Below are positions 10,726-12,284 of a stretch of 12,284 bases of DNA, piece after piece (position 1 is the first letter of the stretch; every line of letters starts with the position of its first letter). This stretch comes from a virus. The notes under the pieces were generated by a model. That model was not told the DNA's origin and ran no database searches. It saw nothing but the letters and a program-made list of their open reading frames with translations. Location: the UHGV virus genome UHGV-1618158; one strand, 5' to 3'. The position numbers and the translations under genes were made by a program.

Positions 10726-11730
10726 TTAACTTACCAATTCAATCCAAGCCGGACGAAGTACATCTTGTACCATTTTAACTAATTCCTTCTTAATCAAAGA
10801 AGGATTATCCGCTTGAGTTAGAGTAATACCTTCACGAGAAGTTTCTTCCAAAATATCTTGAACCGTTAGTCCCATCACCTTTCCAAAATCTTTTGGACCG
10901 ATTTCGCCAATTTTAGAAATAACGTTATTTACTCGGTTCAGTGTAACGTAACAAGCTAAAATTCCAACCAATTTGTTATCAGCTTCTGACAGTTCAACTT
11001 TAGCTTTAATAGGCTTATCAGACTTTTTCTTTTCACTAAATTTAGAGTTCTTGCATTTGATAGCTACGCGATTGCCATTAGGCATCCAAGAAGGATAACA
11101 AGGTTTCAATACATATCCTTCAGCGGTAAATACTTCGCCTTTTACTTCAGCATTCCAAACGCATTTATTCGCATCAACTAATCCAGCATGGTCTACTGTA
11201 AAATTATAATCTTGGACGACAGAATCTAAATCATTTGGCAATTTAATAAGCTCTTCAAATTTACCGCGACCTAAAAGTGGAGCCATTTTAAATTTAAATG
11301 TATTACAGAATGATTCCATCATATAATCATCGACATAAGTCACATCACCACTTTCTGTAGTAACAATAATGTCAAATACATAAAAATCTTTATCGCCATA
11401 ATCGACATTCTTCTGAATGCCAGGTCCGGCAAATTCACCGAAGACTTGATAAGATACAACCGCTGAAGTTTCCATAATATCTTGTACTGCTTTAATGGAA
11501 TCAGCGTAATTCTTCAAAATAATTTCATACCCAAAGAAATCTTCAGCAGGAAGAATAGGACCAGTTCGTTTAGCACAAGTTACTTTATCACGCTCAATAA
11601 TCAATGAGAAATTTGTGCCATGAATCTTTTCACGAGCTACCCATTCGCCACCAGTCAATCCTAAACTATAAAGTTTTTCAATGAATTTAGAATTGTAATG
11701 ATTTTCAAGACTGCTATACTTTTTAAACAT
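10726..11730 (-). CDS. rnlB: RNA ligase 2 (Rnl2, gp24.1)
   Basis: 334-aa ORF matching T4 Rnl2 in size and sequence as recalled, with nucleotidyltransferase motif I KIHGTN (Lys35) near the N-terminus. GAGGA RBS 7 nt upstream of the ATG on the - strand. Confidence 0.95.
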   Translation of the reverse strand: MFKKYSSLENHYNSKFIEKLYSLGLTGGEWVAREKIHGTNFSLIIERDKVTCAKRTGPILPAEDFFGYEIILKNYADSIKAVQDIMETSAVVSYQVFGEFAGPGIQKNVDYGDKDFYVFDIIVTTESGDVTYVDDYMMESFCNTFKFKMAPLLGRGKFEELIKLPNDLDSVVQDYNFTVDHAGLVDANKCVWNAEVKGEVFTAEGYVLKPCYPSWMPNGNRVAIKCKNSKFSEKKKSDKPIKAKVELSEADNKLVGILACYVTLNRVNNVISKIGEIGPKDFGKVMGLTVQDILEETSREGITLTQADNPSLIKKELVKMVQDVLRPAWIELVS

Positions 11731-11739
11731 AATTAATCC

Positions 11740-12018
11740 TCAAAATGTAATTTCTAACCAATCACCATCACGCTGATCACTATTGACTTTAAAGCTAAAT
11801 CCTTCTTTTCTCAGCCAATCACCAATTTCTTCAGTAATCAATTTATCGCGAGCAGTACAATAATAACTAAAATATGTTTTACCTTGTTCAGCTGCTTTAT
11901 TAGCAAGTTCCGAAAAATCTTTAATAAAACACTCTAACTTAAACTGTTTACTTTTAAGTGCTTTTTCACGTAATTGATTAGCAAAAGATTCATTTTCATA
12001 AAGATCATACTGTTCCAT
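11740..12018 (-). CDS. 24.2: Hypothetical protein, positional equivalent of T4 24.2
   Basis: 92-aa ORF with an AAGGTGA RBS, tightly packed between rnlB (9-nt gap) and 24.3 (3-nt gap). No recognisable motif. Confidence 0.8.
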   Translation of the reverse strand: MEQYDLYENESFANQLREKALKSKQFKLECFIKDFSELANKAAEQGKTYFSYYCTARDKLITEEIGDWLRKEGFSFKVNSDQRDGDWLEITF

Positions 12019-12021
12019 TTT

Positions 12022-12219
12022 TCACCTTTTATTAATATGTCTTTTTCTATAGACAACTTTTTCTCGAGTTTCAAATTTATTCTTAGCAGTCATAGCTCGA
12101 GCCCATAATACAGCCACTTCTTTCGCCTGTAAGTTTAATTCACGAGCAATTTCAATGAATGACTTTCCAGACTCATGAAGAGTAAACACCACAACCTCAG
12201 TTCGCATAATCAATCTCAT
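12022..12219 (-). CDS. 24.3: Small hypothetical protein, positional equivalent of T4 24.3, with a possible helix-turn-helix
   Basis: 65-aa ORF. The segment GKSFIEIARELNLQAKEVAVLWARA looks like a helix-turn-helix and the C-terminus is basic. No convincing SD before the first ATG, so the start codon is uncertain (a second in-frame ATG lies 4 codons in). Upstream region is cut off by adapter sequence. Confidence 0.7.
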   Translation of the reverse strand: MRLIMRTEVVVFTLHESGKSFIEIARELNLQAKEVAVLWARAMTAKNKFETREKVVYRKRHINKR

Positions 12220-12241
12220 GTTATCGAGTTGATGCCATTAT

Positions 12242-12284
12242 AGATCGGAAGAGCACACGTCTGAACTCCAGTCACCGATGTATC
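12242..12284 (+). other. Illumina TruSeq indexed adapter (index CGATGT), a non-biological sequencing artefact
   Basis: Exact AGATCGGAAGAGCACACGTCTGAACTCCAGTCAC followed by CGATGT (TruSeq index 2) and ATC, the start of the adapter continuation. Confidence 0.95.

Overview
This window is the late structural (head and tail) gene block of a T4-like (T-even, Tequatrovirus-type) coliphage, and I see no evidence of a novel or undescribed system in it. On the + strand, in order: the 3' two-thirds of the large terminase gene (17), tail sheath (18), tail tube (19), portal (20), prohead core proteins 67 and 68, prohead protease (21), scaffold (22), major capsid protein (23) and head vertex protein (24). 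On the - strand, converging on gene 24: RNA ligase 2 (rnlB) and two small ORFs (24.2, 24.3). Protein identities are from my recall of the T4 proteins, which these match almost residue for residue; no database search was run. Coding density is near 100%, and the short intergenic gaps hold T4 late-promoter boxes (TATAAATA), Shine-Dalgarno sites and GC-stem hairpin terminators. Both ends of the window look like sequencing or assembly artefacts: an exact Illumina TruSeq indexed adapter at 12242-12284, and a roughly 40-nt GC-rich stretch at the 5' end that does not fit the terminase gene. The remaining findings are modest: no homing-endonuclease insertion between genes 23 and 24, identical stems on the two terminators flanking gene 24, oppositely charged tails on adjacent gp67 and gp68, and a small helix-turn-helix-like ORF (24.3).
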